A stretch of 64,000 nt of DNA from an uncultured Verrucomicrobiota bacterium (GTDB taxonomy: Bacteria > Verrucomicrobiota > Verrucomicrobiia > Limisphaerales > UBA9464), in NCBI GenBank assembly GCA_903896505.1, contig CAITXU010000002.1, forward strand, positions 13,500 through 77,499, written 5' to 3'. A program made the translations under genes and the position numbers. The notes under the pieces are model-generated. The model saw only the letters and a list, made by a program, of their open reading frames with translations, searched no databases and had not been told where the DNA came from. Position 1 is the first letter of the stretch; each line of letters opens with the position of its first letter. Of the stretch, positions 60,804-64,000 are shown piece after piece.

Positions 60804-62831
60804 TCAAAGCCGATCGTCCCCTGGCTTTCGTCCGGAGAGCATTTTCCGGTAGGTCGCCATGGCCAGCAGTGGCCAGGCATTTCGGTACATGTCGTATTTC
60901 AGATAAAAGACCTTCGGGAACCCGGTACCGGTGATTTCTTCTTCCGTCCAGGAACCATCCTGATTTTGGGTGGCAATCAAATACTCAATGCCCCGGAGCA
61001 GCGCCGGGTCGTCCGCCTGTCCCATGGCACAGAGTCCCATGATCGCCCAGGCAGTTTGGGAAGGGGTGCTCGGTCCGGCCCCTTTGTAAATGGGGTCGTC
61101 GTAGGTGTTGCAACGCTCTCCCCATCCGCCATCGGGCTGTTGAACCGACCGTAGCCATTCCGCTCCGCGTTGAATCCACGGTTGCTGCATATCGATGCCC
61201 AAGGCGACCAGACCCCGGAGCACCTGCCAGGTGCCATAAATGTAATTCACACCCCATCGTCCAAACCAGGAGCCGTCGGGCTCCTGATGGGCACGGACAA
61301 ATTCTAGTGCTCGACGGACCTGCGGATGGTCCAGGGAAATCTGATCGTAGCCGAGTAGCTCAAGAATCCGGGCCGTAATGTCCGCGCATTCCGGATCGAG
61401 CATGGCATTGTGGTCCGCAAAAGGGACCTTCTCGAGGATCGACTTGGTGCAATCCTTGTCGAAGGCGGCCCAGCCACCATCGCGGCATTGAAAGCCCATC
61501 ATCCAGCGCATGCCCCGTTGATAGACTTCATCGCGCCGGGCGCGGTCCGGGAAGGGCATGGTCCGCAAGGCCAGTAAGACCATTGCGGTATCGTCCACAT
61601 CCGGGTTCCATTGATTGTTGAATTCAAACACCCATCCGCTGGGTTCCACATCAATCGGGTTTTTGTGATACCAGTCGCCGCGCAACCGAATCTCACGGTC
61701 CATCAGCCAGGAGCCGGCCTTGGCCATCTTGGGATGGTCTGCCGGAACCCCCGATTCCCGGAGACAAATGGCCACGATGGCGCTGTCCCAAACGGGTGAA
61801 AAGCACGGTTCCATTCGGACGCTGTCGGCATCGAAATGCATGAGGCGCTCGAGCTCGCGATGGGCTCGAACGACCTGCGGATGGTCATCCGGGTAATCCA
61901 GCGCAATCAGGGCGATCAGGGCATTGAGCATCGCCGGGAAAATGGCGGCTAGTCCGTCGCTGCCTTCGAAGCGCTCCAGCATCCATTGCTCGGCCCGACG
62001 AAGTGCCCGACCTCGGAAGGGATGCAGCCCCAAACGGCTCACCCACTCCGCCAGTTTGTGCAGCCGGTCCAGCCACAGGAACATGTTGCGAAGCGAAAAG
62101 TCGAAATAGCGCGGACGAAGCGGTTCATCCAATTCCCATTTTCCCTGCGGATAGAGCTCATCCAGGTTGATTTCCTTCCGCAGGCGTCGGGTGGGGCGGA
62201 AATGGTTGATGATGGCCAGCGGTATGAGCATTGCCCTCGACCAGTTGCTCATTTCCCAGAAGTTAACGTGAAACCATTTGCCAATGAGCAGCACCTCGCA
62301 CGGAATCGTCGGCACGTGACGCCACTCCACCAAGCCAATCAAAGCGAGGTACAGTTTGGAGAAGGTATTCATCCGGGGCACGCCGCCCATGGTGAAGGCG
62401 ACTTCCCGAGCCTTGAGCATGCGGGCGTCCGTGGCAGGAACTCCGGCGAGCTTGAGAGCCAGATACGCCTTAATGGTCGCGTTGACCTCGGCGGGACCGT
62501 TGGGATAGATATTCCAGCCGCCGTCCGGCAATTGTTTGCCGAAAATGTGGTTGATCGCCTTCCGCTCCCACTCCGGGTTGACCTTGTCCCACCAGTGGTA
62601 GAAGACCACCATATCGGCCACCAGAGTGACGTCGACCATGAGTTCTCCAACCCAATAGCCTTCTGGCTTTTGCTCCGAGAGGAGAAAGGACTGCGAACGG
62701 GTGACTGCCTCGTCAAGACGGGGAAAGGTTCGATAACCACCGGTCGAACCCACCGGGGAAGCCGCCCTACCGGGCGCAGCCTCTCCAAAGGTAACTGCCA
62801 TCGGGGAAACATGCCGAACCGCCCTGTTCAC
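60804..62831 (-). CDS. shc: Squalene-hopene cyclase
   Basis: The catalytic motif 'DVDDTAMVLLAL' is present. Multiple QW repeats are present ('QEPDGSWFGRWG', 'QQPDGGWGE', 'QNQDGSWTE'), as is 'GFQCRDGGWAAF'. Confidence 0.95.
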   Translation of the reverse strand: MNRAVRHVSPMAVTFGEAAPGRAASPVGSTGGYRTFPRLDEAVTRSQSFLLSEQKPEGYWVGELMVDVTLVADMVVFYHWWDKVNPEWERKAINHIFGKQLPDGGWNIYPNGPAEVNATIKAYLALKLAGVPATDARMLKAREVAFTMGGVPRMNTFSKLYLALIGLVEWRHVPTIPCEVLLIGKWFHVNFWEMSNWSRAMLIPLAIINHFRPTRRLRKEINLDELYPQGKWELDEPLRPRYFDFSLRNMFLWLDRLHKLAEWVSRLGLHPFRGRALRRAEQWMLERFEGSDGLAAIFPAMLNALIALIALDYPDDHPQVVRAHRELERLMHFDADSVRMEPCFSPVWDSAIVAICLRESGVPADHPKMAKAGSWLMDREIRLRGDWYHKNPIDVEPSGWVFEFNNQWNPDVDDTAMVLLALRTMPFPDRARRDEVYQRGMRWMMGFQCRDGGWAAFDKDCTKSILEKVPFADHNAMLDPECADITARILELLGYDQISLDHPQVRRALEFVRAHQEPDGSWFGRWGVNYIYGTWQVLRGLVALGIDMQQPWIQRGAEWLRSVQQPDGGWGERCNTYDDPIYKGAGPSTPSQTAWAIMGLCAMGQADDPALLRGIEYLIATQNQDGSWTEEEITGTGFPKVFYLKYDMYRNAWPLLAMATYRKMLSGRKPGDDRL

Positions 62832-62914
62832 TGTAAAGCCGTTTGTGGAGGGGCATTGGGCGTCTTTCCGTCGTGTTTGACTTCCCGTCCCCGGGTTCTA
62901 CCCGTGCCCGCTCG

Positions 62915-64000
62915 ATGAACGACATCGAAAACCTGCTCTTGCTGCTGGCGGTTCTTGCCGTGCTGGCCCCTCTGACCCGCTGGCTGCACGTCGCCCAGCC
63001 GATCGGGTTCGTTCTGGGAGGCTTGATCCTGAGCCTGATGCCCGGCTTTCCACGGGTCATGCTCGATCCAGAGCTGGTGTTCCTCCTCTTTCTTCCGCCG
63101 CTCCTCTACATCCAGTCGTTCTTCACTTCCTGGCGTCATTTCAAACGTGAATTGCGGCCTATCACCTTTCTTGCCGTGGGGTTGGTTCTCTTTACCACCG
63201 TCGGTATCGGTTATCTGGCCCACGCGATCATTCCGGGGCTACCGCTGGCTGCCGGCTTCGTGCTGGGAGCCATCGTATCGTCCCCAGACGCGGTGGCGGT
63301 GGCGGGAGTGGCCCAGCAACTGCGCCTTCCGCATCGATTGGTCACCATTTTGGAAGGCGAAAGCCTGGTCAACGATGCCACGTCCCTGGTCGCCTTGAGC
63401 TTTGCGCTGGGTGCACTCGCCAGTGGACAATTCTCCCTATCCAGTGCCGCCCTGCGGTTTGTCGTGGTGGCCGCGGGCGGGGTTGGTGTTGGATGCAACG
63501 TGGGATGGCTGATGCTGGCCTTGCGACGGCGAATCAAGGACGAATCGCTCAGCCTTCTTCTCTCCCTCCTGAGTCCCTACGCGGCTTATCTGCCTGCCGA
63601 CCGTCTTGGATTCTCCGGGGTCCTTTCTGCCGTATCCGCCGGACTTTTTCTGGGATGGCGATTACCCCGGCATCTCACCTACTCGATGCGTCTTCAGGGA
63701 GCTGCCTTGTGGCGAATGATCGAGTTCATTCTCAACGGACTCATCTTCCTCCTGATTGGACTCCAACTCCGAACCGTTTTGGCCCAGGTCCATGAGCGTT
63801 ATCATCCGTGGCAGTTGGTGGAGTTCGCCGTCGTGATTTGTCTGGGCGTGATACTTCTCCGCCCGCTCTGGATTTTCCTGGTCGTTCCCCTCCAACGAGT
63901 CCTCATTCCAGGACTTCAGCGTCGGGACCCATTACCACCCCTCAGTTACCAGGCCGTGCTCTCCTGGTCCGGCATCCGCGGTGTGGTTTCGCTGGCCGCC
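62915..64000 (+). CDS. Na+/H+ antiporter, CPA1/NhaP-type; 3' end outside the window
   Basis: My own translation from the ATG at 62915 reads MNDIENLLLLLAVLAVLAPLTRWLHVAQPIGFVLGG...FLPPLLY...GAIVSSPDAVAVAG...ILEGESLVNDATSLV... The frame stays open to the window end. It is absent from the ORF track because there is no stop. Confidence 0.85.
   Translation, partial: MNDIENLLLLLAVLAVLAPLTRWLHVAQPIGFVLGGLILSLMPGFPRVMLDPELVFLLFLPPLLYIQSFFTSWRHFKRELRPITFLAVGLVLFTTVGIGYLAHAIIPGLPLAAGFVLGAIVSSPDAVAVAGVAQQLRLPHRLVTILEGESLVNDATSLVALSFALGALASGQFSLSSAALRFVVVAAGGVGVGCNVGWLMLALRRRIKDESLSLLLSLLSPYAAYLPADRLGFSGVLSAVSAGLFLGWRLPRHLTYSMRLQGAALWRMIEFILNGLIFLLIGLQLRTVLAQVHERYHPWQLVEFAVVICLGVILLRPLWIFLVVPLQRVLIPGLQRRDPLPPLSYQAVLSWSGIRGVVSLAA

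Noticed and set aside
60626-61154. Plus-strand ORFs 60626-60934 and 60651-61154.
   Set aside because: Their 5' parts translate the right arm of the foldback repeat, and their 3' parts are antisense to the shc C-terminus.
1-64000. A search for CRISPR arrays, rRNA or tRNA genes, integrases, reverse transcriptases and restriction-modification or other classical defence genes.
   Set aside because: I found none by eye. There are no regularly spaced direct repeats, no RT or integrase motifs in any ORF, and no tRNA-like cloverleaf in the larger intergenic regions.

Overview
This is a moderately GC-rich bacterial chromosomal segment, densely coding on both strands, with no rRNA, tRNA or CRISPR array that I can see. 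The gene content suggests a PVC-group (Verrucomicrobiota-like) organism, but that is inference only: TAT-signal Gfo/Idh/MocA oxidoreductases, a PEP-CTERM protein, a DUF1080-like protein, a domesticated-looking Y1/HUH transposase homologue and squalene-hopene cyclase.

Recognisable blocks, in order:
- a TetR plus DevCAB-like ABC exporter plus TolC efflux operon
- acs
- a Lon-N-domain gene translationally coupled to two ABC-2 permeases
- a pterin-related cluster: HAD-Nudix fusion, folB, queD
- a LuxE/LuxC-like acyl-activation/reduction pair
- an IscA/HscB-like pair
- a partial T2SS/T4P-like assembly cluster: GspE-type ATPase, PilMN-like and PilO-like genes, and a secretin with a Gly-rich insert
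- a tightly packed ~10 kb minus-strand operon of transport and hydrolysis genes, with a divergent amidase
- a large EF-hand membrane protein
- housekeeping genes: thiL-tsaE-tsaB, aceE, rpsP-KH-trmD-rplS
- an alkaline phosphatase, shc and a partial nhaP-type antiporter

Most worth a second look:
- the uncharacterised uptake/hydrolysis operon at 30.1-41.4 kb
- the HAD-Nudix fusion next to folB
- three families of palindromic or foldback intergenic repeats, one of which is shared with the flank of the Y1 transposase homologue
- an orphan strong terminator closing ~340 nt of noncoding sequence

All calls rest on reading the supplied translations and the DNA by eye. No database search was run. Start codons are often uncertain because the ORF track uses GTG/TTG starts and maximal ORFs.
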